Shown piece by piece: positions 51,461 through 61,262 of a DNA stretch of 64,000 nucleotides. Numbering within the stretch: the first letter of the stretch is position 1; each line of letters begins with the position of its first letter. Below the pieces are notes generated by a model, which worked only from the letters and a program-made list of their open reading frames with translations, did not search any database and had not been told where the DNA came from. Both the position numbers and the translations under genes were made by a program. The stretch is from IMG/VR virus record IMGVR_UViG_3300033146_001059, positions 2,190 through 66,189 of that record; one strand, written 5' to 3'. Source of the DNA: a virus. Lineage: Duplodnaviria; Caudoviricetes.

Positions 51461-52441
51461 ATGGATATTAAAGAACTTGAGGTATTTAACTTTACTAATA
51501 ATGAATATAAGGAGTTTGAGAATAATGGTAATACGTACTTATTGAATCAGCACCCTTATTTAGACATTGTACTAACTGACCACTGTAATCAAAATTGTAG
51601 TTTTTGTATAGCTGATTTGATTCATCATAAATTAAATGCAGATTTAATCATCTTTAAAAAAAAAGTTGAATTTGCTATAAATAACATGAATATTGATGAG
51701 GTTTTATTACTTGGAGGAGAACCTACTGTTAGTAATGTTCTTATTCCTATTATAAAATACCTTAAAACCTTACCTCTTAAAAAGATAATCATGACCACAA
51801 ACGGTATAAGATTAGCGAGAGATGAAAAGTATCGAGAAAAAGTATTTTCTAGTGGATTAACACATGTTAATATTTCATTTATGAATATTGAACCTGTTAA
51901 ACAAGGCGAAATTACTGATAATGTATTACCATTAACATTATATGACCTTGCATTAATATATGAAACAGCCAAAAAGAATAAAGTTACTATAAGAATAAAT
52001 AATAATATTTTTATAGATAATAATGATACTGTTAATGCTATGCTTAATTTTTATAATACAGTTAAACCTTATTGTGATCAAGTTAAATTTAGCCCTTTAT
52101 TTGCTGTTGATAATTTTAGCGTTGTTAATGTTAAAACAAATTGGGTTAAAGAACATATATTAACTGATGGGTATGTTGATGCTTTATTTACTGCCTTTGA
52201 ATCAACTATGCGATCTAAAGTGTTAATTTTAGAAAATCCAATGCAATTTGGTTTCGTAAAAAATACCTTAATACCTTTAAAAATACCTATCATTATGAAT
52301 TGGAATTTTGGGAAGTATACAGGTATGATGGATAAAGTTGTTAAAGAAAAGAAGATTAATAATATTAAATTACTTCCTAATAATGAGCTGTCTTTGTCTT
52401 GGAACAGAGAAGACGAGAAGTATTTTATAAAAACTGATTGA
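51461..52441 (+). CDS. Radical SAM protein (326 aa)
   Basis: CNQNCSFC (CxxxCxxC), LLGGEPT, MTTNG, VNIS motifs; no SPASM cysteines visible. Confidence 0.9.
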   Translation: MDIKELEVFNFTNNEYKEFENNGNTYLLNQHPYLDIVLTDHCNQNCSFCIADLIHHKLNADLIIFKKKVEFAINNMNIDEVLLLGGEPTVSNVLIPIIKYLKTLPLKKIIMTTNGIRLARDEKYREKVFSSGLTHVNISFMNIEPVKQGEITDNVLPLTLYDLALIYETAKKNKVTIRINNNIFIDNNDTVNAMLNFYNTVKPYCDQVKFSPLFAVDNFSVVNVKTNWVKEHILTDGYVDALFTAFESTMRSKVLILENPMQFGFVKNTLIPLKIPIIMNWNFGKYTGMMDKVVKEKKINNIKLLPNNELSLSWNREDEKYFIKTD

Positions 52442-52701
52442 TTGTGAAGAAATTGATGTTGATTTGTTTAATGTTATCTGTATTCATGATGGCACAACCT
52501 AAAATACCATCTCCACCTCGAGAAAAAAGAACTCAAAGTTTTGGTGGTGGTTGTTGGTGTTGTGAAAATTTAGGTGTAGAAGCATGCTGTAACAGATGTG
52601 CTAGTGCCCCTATTGACGCTGTTTTGCCTGTATTAGCTTTTACTGGCTTAGCTTTGGAAGTATTCATCTATAAAAAGAGATCTCATGGGACATTTAAATA
52701 A
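52438..52701 (+). CDS. Small secreted Cys-rich protein with PID-CTERM-like sorting signal
   Basis: Signal-like N-terminus, CWCC..CC..C core, APID + hydrophobic helix + KKR. Confidence 0.55.
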   Translation: MIVKKLMLICLMLSVFMMAQPKIPSPPREKRTQSFGGGCWCCENLGVEACCNRCASAPIDAVLPVLAFTGLALEVFIYKKRSHGTFK

Positions 52702-53434
52702 ACAAGATAGGCATGTAAAACGTGCGCTAGCTCTTGATAGGGCCATGACTAAAGTGCAAGATAAAATCTATGCTCTTGGATGGGATAAGCTTGATAAACC
52801 TATTGCTCATGGATGGGAAACGCAGTGGAAGCTACGTGAAGACGTTGCCAGACGCGCAGATTCTTGGCAAATGCAAATGGCTCTAGATGTTGCTAAAATG
52901 ACCCCTAAGCACTGTGACAATAAGAAGTGTTTCAAGGAATATAAACATAGTGAAATGAGATATATTTCACCAGAATACAAAATTGTTGTTAAGTCTAAAA
53001 AAGGCGTTAAAGTATTAATTACCCCTGGCACTAGACGAATTCATAAACATGAGTATGATAAATTACATATACAAGCTCAAAAATGGTTCACTGAAATAAC
53101 TGAGGTTAATCCTTGGGGAGGTAGAGAATATAAGATATACATACTCAGACTTTCATTTGAATTAGTGCCGGATATCTCTAGATGTTATATCACTCATAGA
53201 CAAGTTATTGATCCTGTTTTAGAGCAAGAATATGATGAACTGTCAGATGAGTTTGATAAATATATAAATGATGGTACTATGTCGTCACGTTGGTCTCACT
53301 CAACTAATAATTTTAGAGCTAAGCGTGAAAGAGCTAGATGGCGTAATGCTAAAACTGAAATATTAATGGGTAAAGATCCTGACGATTTAGAATTTGTGCC
53401 GAGACTTAAACGTGGTTGGGACGATTGGGTATAA
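52685..53434 (+). CDS. Hypothetical basic protein (249 aa)
   Basis: ORF track. Confidence 0.65.
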   Translation: MGHLNKQDRHVKRALALDRAMTKVQDKIYALGWDKLDKPIAHGWETQWKLREDVARRADSWQMQMALDVAKMTPKHCDNKKCFKEYKHSEMRYISPEYKIVVKSKKGVKVLITPGTRRIHKHEYDKLHIQAQKWFTEITEVNPWGGREYKIYILRLSFELVPDISRCYITHRQVIDPVLEQEYDELSDEFDKYINDGTMSSRWSHSTNNFRAKRERARWRNAKTEILMGKDPDDLEFVPRLKRGWDDWV

Positions 53435-53688
53435 TATGGAATATCTAATAAATTATATACAGAATTTAACTTTCTTAGGTGTAATTGGTTGGTTAATAAT
53501 ATTTTCTATACTAGGTGATTGGATTTTAGACATAATAAAAGCACTTAAAAAATGAATATAACAAACTTATTTGAGGAAACAGTAGAATTAATTGAGCTTG
53601 GTATATTTGTGAATTTACTTGCATCCATACTTGTAGGTTTAATAGTTTACGCAATTATAGAACATAAAGTTAAGAAACTTATAGAAAA

Positions 53689-53874
53689 ATGCCAAAAGTA
53701 AAATGGGAATATGGTCCACAGAAGGGAGATTCTATGGATACAGTAACAATAGAGAAAACGTGGGTTGAGGTTTATGATAATTTTAATAAAACCCATACTT
53801 TTCTGGTGTCAGCGATAGTCGCTGATTATATTGAGAAACTTGAAAATCAAATTGATAATCATGATAATACTTAA
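53689..53874 (+). CDS. Hypothetical protein
   Basis: ORF track. Confidence 0.45.
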   Translation: MPKVKWEYGPQKGDSMDTVTIEKTWVEVYDNFNKTHTFLVSAIVADYIEKLENQIDNHDNT

Positions 53875-54235
53875 TGGAGTAGAGTACAAAGGAGACAATG
53901 TTACTACCCAAGGTGGTAGGGTGTTTGTTGATGGAAAAGAAGCTATACCTATTAAAGAGCATGGTAAATTTGTAGTAAATATAGCTGGAGATATTAAAAC
54001 TCTCAATGCACACAGTGCCGGGGAAATTAATATAACAGGTAATGTAGCTGAAATTGAATCGCGTAGCAGCAGGATCAATATTCAGGGAAATATTAATGGT
54101 AATATTGAGACTAGATCAGGTAAAGTATCATGCTGGAACATATCTGGAGGTGTTAAAACTACTTCTGGTAAAGTTGTATGCGAAGAGTTAGTTGGTCCAG
54201 CAGAGACAATATCAGGAGATATAAAATGTAATTGA
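53861..54235 (+). CDS. Beta-helix repeat (DUF4097-like) protein
   Basis: Repeating GNIETRSGKV / GGVKTTSGKV / ETISGDI units. Confidence 0.65.
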   Translation: MIILNGVEYKGDNVTTQGGRVFVDGKEAIPIKEHGKFVVNIAGDIKTLNAHSAGEINITGNVAEIESRSSRINIQGNINGNIETRSGKVSCWNISGGVKTTSGKVVCEELVGPAETISGDIKCN

Positions 54236-54236
54236 T

Positions 54237-54473
54237 ATGAGAAAATGGATTAAAGTATTATTTGCCATCACAGTGTGGTATTTAGTTGGAACTTTTTATT
54301 TTTTGTCATTTAATATAGTCAATTGGTCCTCGGGAGGTAGATTTTTAATAGTATCATTTATGCTAATTTCATCTATTGTAGTATATTTTACAGCTTTATT
54401 TGATGACACAATTAAAACGGAAGAATATAGAAATATGCATCAGTGTAAATTTGATTATCTGTCCAAAGTTTAG
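54237..54473 (+). CDS. Small 2-TM protein
   Basis: Hydrophobic ORF. Confidence 0.5.
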   Translation: MRKWIKVLFAITVWYLVGTFYFLSFNIVNWSSGGRFLIVSFMLISSIVVYFTALFDDTIKTEEYRNMHQCKFDYLSKV

Positions 54474-54867
54474 GTAAGTTTTTACCACATTTTGGGCAGC
54501 CATGTATTACTTTTGTACGTAGATGAGTTATAGTTTTTTGTTTAAATTCATCGTGAATAGGACAAATTATAGTGACTGGAGTTTTTCCATTTATATAATT
54601 TACTTTAGAATAATCAAATTTATCTCTACACTTAAAATTAGCATGTTTAATAAACCAATCATTTTTATCTAATGCTGTATGTACTGATGGTTTTCTTCCA
54701 CGGTCCTTTCGTAGCATATCTCTAGGAGAAGCTAAATATTTAATATATAAAGAATCCTTTATTAGTAATTTTATATCGTTTTTAGTGTAGATTTCTAGTA
54801 CAGTAATATCTGGATATATTAAGGATAATTCAAATATAAATTCTTCATGTGATTTGTATGCTGACAT
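54412..54867 (-). CDS. Homing-endonuclease-associated DUF723-like Zn domain protein (probable remnant)
   Basis: FDYSKVNYIN..TPVTIICPIH.EF.Q...H...GCPKC; antisense to neighbours. Confidence 0.65.
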   Translation of the reverse strand: MSAYKSHEEFIFELSLIYPDITVLEIYTKNDIKLLIKDSLYIKYLASPRDMLRKDRGRKPSVHTALDKNDWFIKHANFKCRDKFDYSKVNYINGKTPVTIICPIHDEFKQKTITHLRTKVIHGCPKCGKNLPKLWTDNQIYTDAYFYILPF

Positions 54868-54927
54868 AACTAGATTTTAATATAATATACAAAATAAATA
54901 ATTAATAACCCATTAATATTAAAGCTA

Positions 54928-55581
54928 ATGGCTATAAAAATTAAGGATAAAAATAAGCTCTTTTTCGTTTCAGATTGTCATTTTGGTCACTTTAATATTA
55001 TTAGACTTGCTCAACGCATGGATAATACTATTATTGAGCCTGATGTTGCAGGAGCTAGGGGAACAGCAAGTACTCCAATAGAATTTAAAAGTGCGGATGC
55101 TATGAATGATGAGATTATTCGTAGATGGAATCAGATTGTACCTGCAGATGCAGTAGTAATAGATCTTGGTGACTTTATGTTTAAGTTACCTATGAAAAAA
55201 GCTGCACCTATTCTTAAGAGATTGAACTTTAAGGAGATTCATTTTATTAAAGGTAATCACGGTAGAAATTATTATAAAGAATTCGAAAATGTTGGACGCA
55301 AAGTTGTAGTGCATGATAGAGATATTGTACACATAATTGTTGACGATGACGAATTCGATGACGGAAAATGTGAATTCCAAGTTTGCCATTACCCTTTATA
55401 TGAACATGATCGTAAATTTAAAGGGGCATTTCATTTATTTGGGCATACCCACAAAGATCTTTATTACAGTAAAGTAGCTTTACATGTAGGTATTGATACA
55501 TGGAATTTAAGGCCTGCATCATATCAAGAAATACTTACTCGTATGTATGTAAGAGCTGCGGATGATAAGTTGTGGAAGTAA
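54928..55581 (+). CDS. Calcineurin-like metallophosphoesterase
   Basis: SDCHFGH, LGDF, KGNH, CHYP, FGHTH. Confidence 0.9.
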   Translation: MAIKIKDKNKLFFVSDCHFGHFNIIRLAQRMDNTIIEPDVAGARGTASTPIEFKSADAMNDEIIRRWNQIVPADAVVIDLGDFMFKLPMKKAAPILKRLNFKEIHFIKGNHGRNYYKEFENVGRKVVVHDRDIVHIIVDDDEFDDGKCEFQVCHYPLYEHDRKFKGAFHLFGHTHKDLYYSKVALHVGIDTWNLRPASYQEILTRMYVRAADDKLWK

Positions 55582-55875
55582 AAAACATTCTGTATCTCCT
55601 CCAAAATTAATTTGTGGAGTATACTTTGAATGTTTAAACTTTCTATGTAATTCATGTTCTAAATCAAATATAGTTTTAGCAGAACCCTCTATTATACGTA
55701 ATATTTTATAATTATATGGCATTCTTATTGAATTTCCATTATGAAATTTATACTTGATAGAGTTAAATATTTTACCTATTTTGATAAATTTTTCAGTATC
55801 ATTATAACATCCTATAATATAAACTTTAAAGGATGTAAAATGTGTAGATATTTTGGCTTTTTTCTCCCAATTCAT
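55519..55875 (-). CDS. GIY-YIG/T5orf172-like endonuclease domain (probable remnant)
   Basis: VYIIGC...FIKIG...LEHELH...FGGDTECF; antisense. Confidence 0.65.
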   Translation of the reverse strand: MNWEKKAKISTHFTSFKVYIIGCYNDTEKFIKIGKIFNSIKYKFHNGNSIRMPYNYKILRIIEGSAKTIFDLEHELHRKFKHSKYTPQINFGGDTECFLLPQLIIRSSYIHTSKYFLI

Positions 55876-55904
55876 AATATAAATATATAAAAATAAAAAG
55901 AAAC

Positions 55905-56090
55905 ATGAAAGTATTTAAAGGGTTATTCTTTGTGATATTAACTATAGCAGCTACTGTGAATTTTATTTATGGTTCAGTTGCAGCAGTTGGTGCACCAGAC
56001 AATGAAGCTTTTCTTATGGCTCTTATTCAGATAGCTTTTACATTGTTATTTATTATATTAATTAAAAACATGTATAAGAATAATGTATAA
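55905..56090 (+). CDS. Small 2-TM protein
   Basis: Hydrophobic ORF. Confidence 0.55.
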   Translation: MKVFKGLFFVILTIAATVNFIYGSVAAVGAPDNEAFLMALIQIAFTLLFIILIKNMYKNNV

Positions 56091-56391
56091 ATTAACTAGA
56101 ATAGGAAATTATGGAAAAGAGACGAACGAATATATTGGAGCTTTTACTGAAGCTTACAGTGTAACATACGGAATACCAGAGAAAAAGAATATTGTTAACG
56201 AGCTCCCACCACTTGTGGGCGATGGGTTAGTTGTGCGAGGTTCTATTTCTGTGTGCGATAATTGTAATACTCATTGGAGAACGACAGAGATAACTAAAGT
56301 TGTTGATATTGATCGTGGTTGGATGATTACTACTAAAAATAGTTTATATAAACTTGTAAAATGGAATCCAGGTGATAGTAAAACAGAATAA
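56083..56391 (+). CDS. Hypothetical phage protein (WRTTEI..TKNSLY)
   Basis: ORF track. Confidence 0.6.
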   Translation: MYKLTRIGNYGKETNEYIGAFTEAYSVTYGIPEKKNIVNELPPLVGDGLVVRGSISVCDNCNTHWRTTEITKVVDIDRGWMITTKNSLYKLVKWNPGDSKTE

Positions 56392-56944
56392 ATTATTGGC
56401 GAAGTTTCTTGATTGGACATATGTTCCTTGGAATGATAGGGATAAATATGATTTTAATTTTCCTTACCCATTTGACAAGAAAGACATAAAAATAGAGCGA
56501 ATTGAAAGAGTAGAAGGCACTACACATGTTATCAATACTAAAGTGACACACATACCAACTGGCACATCAATTGTACCTCCTATGCTATTTAAAATGGCGT
56601 GTAAAGATACATTTGTACCTGGCTGGTATGCTACAAGCTTTCCATTTCCATTTGCTAAACGCAAAGGATGGACTCCTTTTCATTATAAAGGGAGGAATAA
56701 TCTTGCGCTTAATTTTGATACGAGTTTGGATGCCTTAGTGCCTGTTGTTAATAAATTAGCAGAAAATGGGTTTAATATTCGTATTGCTGTATATTCTCCT
56801 GATAATATTCCTTATAAATATTCTGTAACATTTGACGGTGTTAATTATACTATTGATGGAAATATGGTAAAAGCAATATATGGAGCATGTGTAGCAGCAG
56901 TAAAGAAATTTAATTTAAATAATTTAAAAAATGAGCGAGACTAA
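56372..56944 (+). CDS. Hypothetical phage protein (F.TS.DALVPVV.K..IY.A.V)
   Basis: ORF track; start uncertain. Confidence 0.55.
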   Translation: MIVKQNKLLAKFLDWTYVPWNDRDKYDFNFPYPFDKKDIKIERIERVEGTTHVINTKVTHIPTGTSIVPPMLFKMACKDTFVPGWYATSFPFPFAKRKGWTPFHYKGRNNLALNFDTSLDALVPVVNKLAENGFNIRIAVYSPDNIPYKYSVTFDGVNYTIDGNMVKAIYGACVAAVKKFNLNNLKNERD

Positions 56945-57317
56945 AGGCAACGTGTCATTCGGTTTTGATGGCACTTTAGATAGAGCGGATGTCGAGGACT
57001 ATGCCGCTGAACTAATTGGATTGGGATTTAATGTTCACATTTTAACATTAAGAGAACCTCAAGATGAGAACGAAGCACAACTTATAGACAACTCGGATCT
57101 TTTCGATGTTGCTAATCAACTTGGAATACCGGCAGAGAATATCATGTTTACTAGCTATCTTCCTAAATATAATATACTTATAGATTCTAATATGATATTT
57201 CATTTAGATGATAGTGAAGTAGAGCTTGAAGAAATAAGTAAATTAACTAGTGTAATAGCTATAAATGTAAATAAAAATGATTTTAGAAAATCTTGTGATC
57301 GATGTCTCGGACTATAA
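56931..57317 (+). CDS. HAD-like protein (first catalytic Asp replaced by Gly)
   Basis: SFGFDGTL, ILT.R, K, HLDD motifs. Confidence 0.6.
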   Translation: MSETKGNVSFGFDGTLDRADVEDYAAELIGLGFNVHILTLREPQDENEAQLIDNSDLFDVANQLGIPAENIMFTSYLPKYNILIDSNMIFHLDDSEVELEEISKLTSVIAINVNKNDFRKSCDRCLGL

Positions 57318-57519
57318 TTTTCTTATATTAATATTTTATGGTTTAGTATGTTATGCTACGGGACTTTATGTTGGTAATAAAATATGTAAAGATAAAAACT
57401 AATGGAAAACTTAATGATGTTTGAGGGTACCATTGGTAACCTTTTTAAAATGTTTGGAGCTATTATAGTGCTAGCATTCTTTTTTAACGCTGGAAGAGAT
57501 TCCAAAAAACAAATTAGAG

Positions 57520-58440
57520 ATGAAGATAAAGACGATAAAGTTCAAGATCAAAAAGAAGATTGATGCTTGGCTTGAAAGTATTCTTGATGAACAATTAAGA
57601 GAAGATCTTAAAGATAACACTATAGTAACAGGTGGAGCAATAGCTTCAATGTTACGGGGTGAGGATGTAAATGATTATGATTTATACTTTACAGATAAGA
57701 AGATTGTAATTAGACTTATTAATTACTATAAAGACGCGTCTTGGCCTATAACTATACTTAACGGTGCATTTAAACAGGTATATATTGAAGATGCTAAAGT
57801 ACGTAGTGGAGGAGACTTTGAGCCAGCCGGTAACGCTTATAATATGGCTGTAGAGAATCTTGACGATGACAGGGTAACTATGTTTTTTAATTCTAAAGTT
57901 GGATATATTGTTAAAGCGCCATTAACTGGTGAAAGGGCACCTTATTCCCCTTTATTTTTTAGTGCGAATGCTATTACTCTTGCGAATGATATTCAAATCA
58001 TTACTAGATTCCATGGTAGTCCACTAAAGATACACGAGAATTTTGATTTTGTACATGCCACTAATTACTATAAAGTTAGAACTGGTGAGTTGTATACAAA
58101 TAAGAAAGCTCTTATATCATTAATGACAGGCGAGTTAAAGTACATGGGTAAAAGTAAATATCCATTAACTGCAATGATACGTACTCGAAAGTTTCAAGCT
58201 AGAGGGTATACTATGGGTGCAGGTGAGATGGTGAAGATTATGTTTCAACTTAATGGTTATGATTTAAAAGATCCTGTTGTATTATCTGAGCAGCTTATAG
58301 GTGTTGATATTGCTTATTTTAATGAGCTTATTGAGGCGCTGATAAAAGCACAAAAAGATCCAGAGTTTAGTATTACTAATACATGGATCATGCAGCAGAT
58401 AGATGAGATCTTTGATAAAGTTGAGCACGATGAAGATTAA
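57520..58440 (+). CDS. Pol-beta-family nucleotidyltransferase (poly(A) polymerase/CCA head-like)
   Basis: VTGGAIAS...DVNDYDLYF, IQII, ENFDFVH motifs. Confidence 0.7.
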   Translation: MKIKTIKFKIKKKIDAWLESILDEQLREDLKDNTIVTGGAIASMLRGEDVNDYDLYFTDKKIVIRLINYYKDASWPITILNGAFKQVYIEDAKVRSGGDFEPAGNAYNMAVENLDDDRVTMFFNSKVGYIVKAPLTGERAPYSPLFFSANAITLANDIQIITRFHGSPLKIHENFDFVHATNYYKVRTGELYTNKKALISLMTGELKYMGKSKYPLTAMIRTRKFQARGYTMGAGEMVKIMFQLNGYDLKDPVVLSEQLIGVDIAYFNELIEALIKAQKDPEFSITNTWIMQQIDEIFDKVEHDED

Positions 58441-58747
58441 TATAGACAAAACCAAAAATACTGGAAAAGAAGGTAAGAAAAGGAGTTTTACCTTTCCTAA
58501 ATGGAAATTACCTTCATTGATGCCTAGTAAAAAGATTATAGGGTTTTTATTTATATATGTTGGTGCTACAATATTCTTTTCTCTTATTGGGTGGGCGGTA
58601 GCTTATCCTCCTGTAGCTTTCTTAGCAGCCGTTTATACTACTGGAGTTAGTGTGGGAATAATTTTTATTGCAATAATATTTATAATTTGTGGTGTAGCTT
58701 TTATTGATAATAGCGCAGAAGAGTGTAGACAATTCTTGAAATATTAA
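58430..58747 (+). CDS. 2-TM membrane protein
   Basis: Hydrophobic ORF. Confidence 0.55.
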   Translation: MKINIDKTKNTGKEGKKRSFTFPKWKLPSLMPSKKIIGFLFIYVGATIFFSLIGWAVAYPPVAFLAAVYTTGVSVGIIFIAIIFIICGVAFIDNSAEECRQFLKY

Positions 58748-58839
58748 TCGGATCATTTGATATGTAAATACGGATCATTTTTGAACTATATGATACATAT
58801 TCGTGAGCTGATTGATATGTAAATTTAAATTTAAATTAT

Positions 58840-59217
58840 ATGGAAGCAAATCAAATACTAGGACTTATAGTTTTACTAGGACTTATATTTTCATTAATGT
58901 GGGGATTTAAAACTGCACTATCTACCACAAAGTATAAGAAAGCAGTTGTCAAACAGGTGCAAAATAAAGATGTGTGTGATGATGTGTGTGATGTTCAAAG
59001 TTACTTCATAGAATATGAATGTTATTTCTTAGGCTTTATACCTGTTACAGTTAAATTTTATAAAGAAGAGTGTGACTGGGGTGATTGCTATGAAGTTACC
59101 ATTACAGCTAAATCTGTTAAAAATATAATTAAGAAGTTTAATGAGCACGTTAAAAGTGTTCGTAGACCTATGAAATCTAAAACAATTCAAGACGTAAAAG
59201 ATACATGCGATGAGTAA
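58840..59217 (+). CDS. Hypothetical protein with N-terminal TM
   Basis: ORF track. Confidence 0.55.
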   Translation: MEANQILGLIVLLGLIFSLMWGFKTALSTTKYKKAVVKQVQNKDVCDDVCDVQSYFIEYECYFLGFIPVTVKFYKEECDWGDCYEVTITAKSVKNIIKKFNEHVKSVRRPMKSKTIQDVKDTCDE

Positions 59218-59554
59218 AGAAGAAATGATAATTACCAGAAAAAGAGGGCTTATTGTTGAAGGAATACGGGCTGATAAAGGAATGTTAGAGATGTTACAAT
59301 CTGTAATAATACTTGATTTACTTGATGATAAGATGGATGTATTAACAAATATATTCACTCAAAAAGATAAGCAAGTGTCTAAGATGACTAGAAATCATTT
59401 TAGAAAGACACAAGGACATCACGTAGCAGAATTCTTCGGGATTAGCTACGATACCGATGGAGATACTGATCCGGATCTTGATAAGATGAAGGAGAAGATT
59501 GAATTCACTATCAAACAGTATATTGATAAGCGTGCTAAAAAACTAGGCTTATGA
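59210..59554 (+). CDS. Hypothetical protein
   Basis: ORF track. Confidence 0.55.
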   Translation: MSKEEMIITRKRGLIVEGIRADKGMLEMLQSVIILDLLDDKMDVLTNIFTQKDKQVSKMTRNHFRKTQGHHVAEFFGISYDTDGDTDPDLDKMKEKIEFTIKQYIDKRAKKLGL

Positions 59555-59841
59555 CAAATGAAGAAAAAATTGATAGAGCCCATAAATTAGCGGGTACTAT
59601 TGAACTCATAGAGCATATTCTTATTCGTATTAAAAGACAGAAGAAGATTTATGTCACTAAGGAGAAAGATGATGACATCTTCTTTTTTGGTGGGTTGCTG
59701 CAACGTTTTTTTCACATGTTTCAGCCTGAGTTAGAGAGTGTAAAAACTCCTGAAGAATATGATTTAGAAGTATTAACGCTTGTGGAAGACTTCTATGAGG
59801 AAAAAAGGCGAGAGCTTGAACATGAATTAATAACATTATAA
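59551..59841 (+). CDS. Hypothetical protein
   Basis: ORF track; overlapping start/stop. Confidence 0.55.
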   Translation: MTNEEKIDRAHKLAGTIELIEHILIRIKRQKKIYVTKEKDDDIFFFGGLLQRFFHMFQPELESVKTPEEYDLEVLTLVEDFYEEKRRELEHELITL

Positions 59842-60362
59842 TGGAAGAAGTAACATTTAAAAGAGAAGGATTTTGGTATTGGTTACATAATATGACCTTT
59901 ATGCTAGAGCCAGAAGATACTTGCACATATAGAAATAGAATAGGATTTTCAATCATATTGAATATGTTGTTTTTACCTGCGTTTCTTACACGACTAGCTT
60001 TTATAGGTTTATTTAATAAAAAACTTTGGTACGATGATTTTAGAATGTTTGGTTTTGGGCCTACGTTTATCTATATGATATTTTATGGGTTAATACTTGT
60101 GATAGCATCTGCACTAGCTGAGCAAGCTGGTGAAGCTCTGACATTTATTTATTATTTAATGTCTGCTGGGTATTTCATAGGAACATTTTCTGTTTTAGGT
60201 TTACTAGCTTATGTTGCTAGTAAAATCCACGATTGGAAAGAAGCTAGAGAATTTGATAGAAAACATGCTGCAGATTATGTTGAGCCAGGTCCAGGTACAT
60301 TTAAGAAATTATATATTGCGTGGAAAAATAAATACTGTAGCAAGATAAAATGGGAAAATTAA
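59841..60362 (+). CDS. Multi-TM phage membrane protein
   Basis: DTCTY N-terminal and KNKYCSKI C-terminal motifs, about 3 TM. Confidence 0.6.
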   Translation: MEEVTFKREGFWYWLHNMTFMLEPEDTCTYRNRIGFSIILNMLFLPAFLTRLAFIGLFNKKLWYDDFRMFGFGPTFIYMIFYGLILVIASALAEQAGEALTFIYYLMSAGYFIGTFSVLGLLAYVASKIHDWKEAREFDRKHAADYVEPGPGTFKKLYIAWKNKYCSKIKWEN

Positions 60363-60871
60363 AAATAGACTGTAGAACAGGTGTGATTTCTCCTAGTAGT
60401 GATTACACTAATAAATTCATGAACGGAGAAAAAGTTTTATTTAGTACTTATTCTAGTGGCAGCTTTAATTCTGATATGAAAAAGATGAAAGCCGTTATAT
60501 TTGGCAATTTTATAATGGAATTAGCTGAATATATGAAGAGTACTAGAAAAATCACTACAACATTACATGCTTATAATCATGAAGATGGGTCATTTATGAT
60601 GGTCATGGGCAACAGTATAAGTATAGGGTGTAATCCTATGTTGAAATCTTTTGATATAAAATTTAAATCTATAAGTATTGGTAGAACTGATTATGTTAAT
60701 GTTCAGGCACATATCTTAGATCAGAAGTTAAATATAGATATCTTAGAGGCATTTCATTATGTATCTAGAACATGGTCTTTTCCTGAAAATATGATTGTGC
60801 CTGATAATTATAAAGAAAAATTTAAACGTTTTAATAAAAAGAGAAATGACGAAAGAAATCAAATTACCTAA
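60350..60871 (+). CDS. Hypothetical protein
   Basis: ORF track. Confidence 0.5.
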   Translation: MGKLKIDCRTGVISPSSDYTNKFMNGEKVLFSTYSSGSFNSDMKKMKAVIFGNFIMELAEYMKSTRKITTTLHAYNHEDGSFMMVMGNSISIGCNPMLKSFDIKFKSISIGRTDYVNVQAHILDQKLNIDILEAFHYVSRTWSFPENMIVPDNYKEKFKRFNKKRNDERNQIT

Positions 60872-61178
60872 AGTAAGCGTTAAAACAGCTAAATTATATG
60901 AAAAAGCTGGTTTTGGTGCTATTGCAAATGAATTACCATTTGTAGCTAGAGTTGTATATAGACTTAGAACTGAGAAATATATATTACCTATAGTATTACC
61001 CACTGCTACTTGTTATTTCAATTATACGGCTACTACTATACTATGTGACCCGAGTGTAAAGCTTGAAAGACCCTTACCTTCGATTGTAAGTACTAATGAT
61101 TATACTACTTATGACGAAGCAATGGACATGTGCTTACAAGAAATACTGATGTTTTTAACACATACAGATGGACAATAA
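60846..61178 (+). CDS. Hypothetical phage protein (VS..TAKL..KAGF..TYDEA)
   Basis: ATG at 60846 preferred. Confidence 0.55.
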   Translation: MTKEIKLPKVSVKTAKLYEKAGFGAIANELPFVARVVYRLRTEKYILPIVLPTATCYFNYTATTILCDPSVKLERPLPSIVSTNDYTTYDEAMDMCLQEILMFLTHTDGQ

Positions 61179-61262
61179 TTTTAATACTGTTGAGGTATTG
61201 TACAACGATGAGTGGCAAGAGCTGCCATTATTAACACCTGAGTATTTAACAGAAAATAATCT

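Noticed and set aside
43701-60970. Extra CTTAGAA matches at ~43703, ~45271 and ~60963
   Set aside because: Inside coding sequence, with no complementary AG-stem partner seen; chance matches
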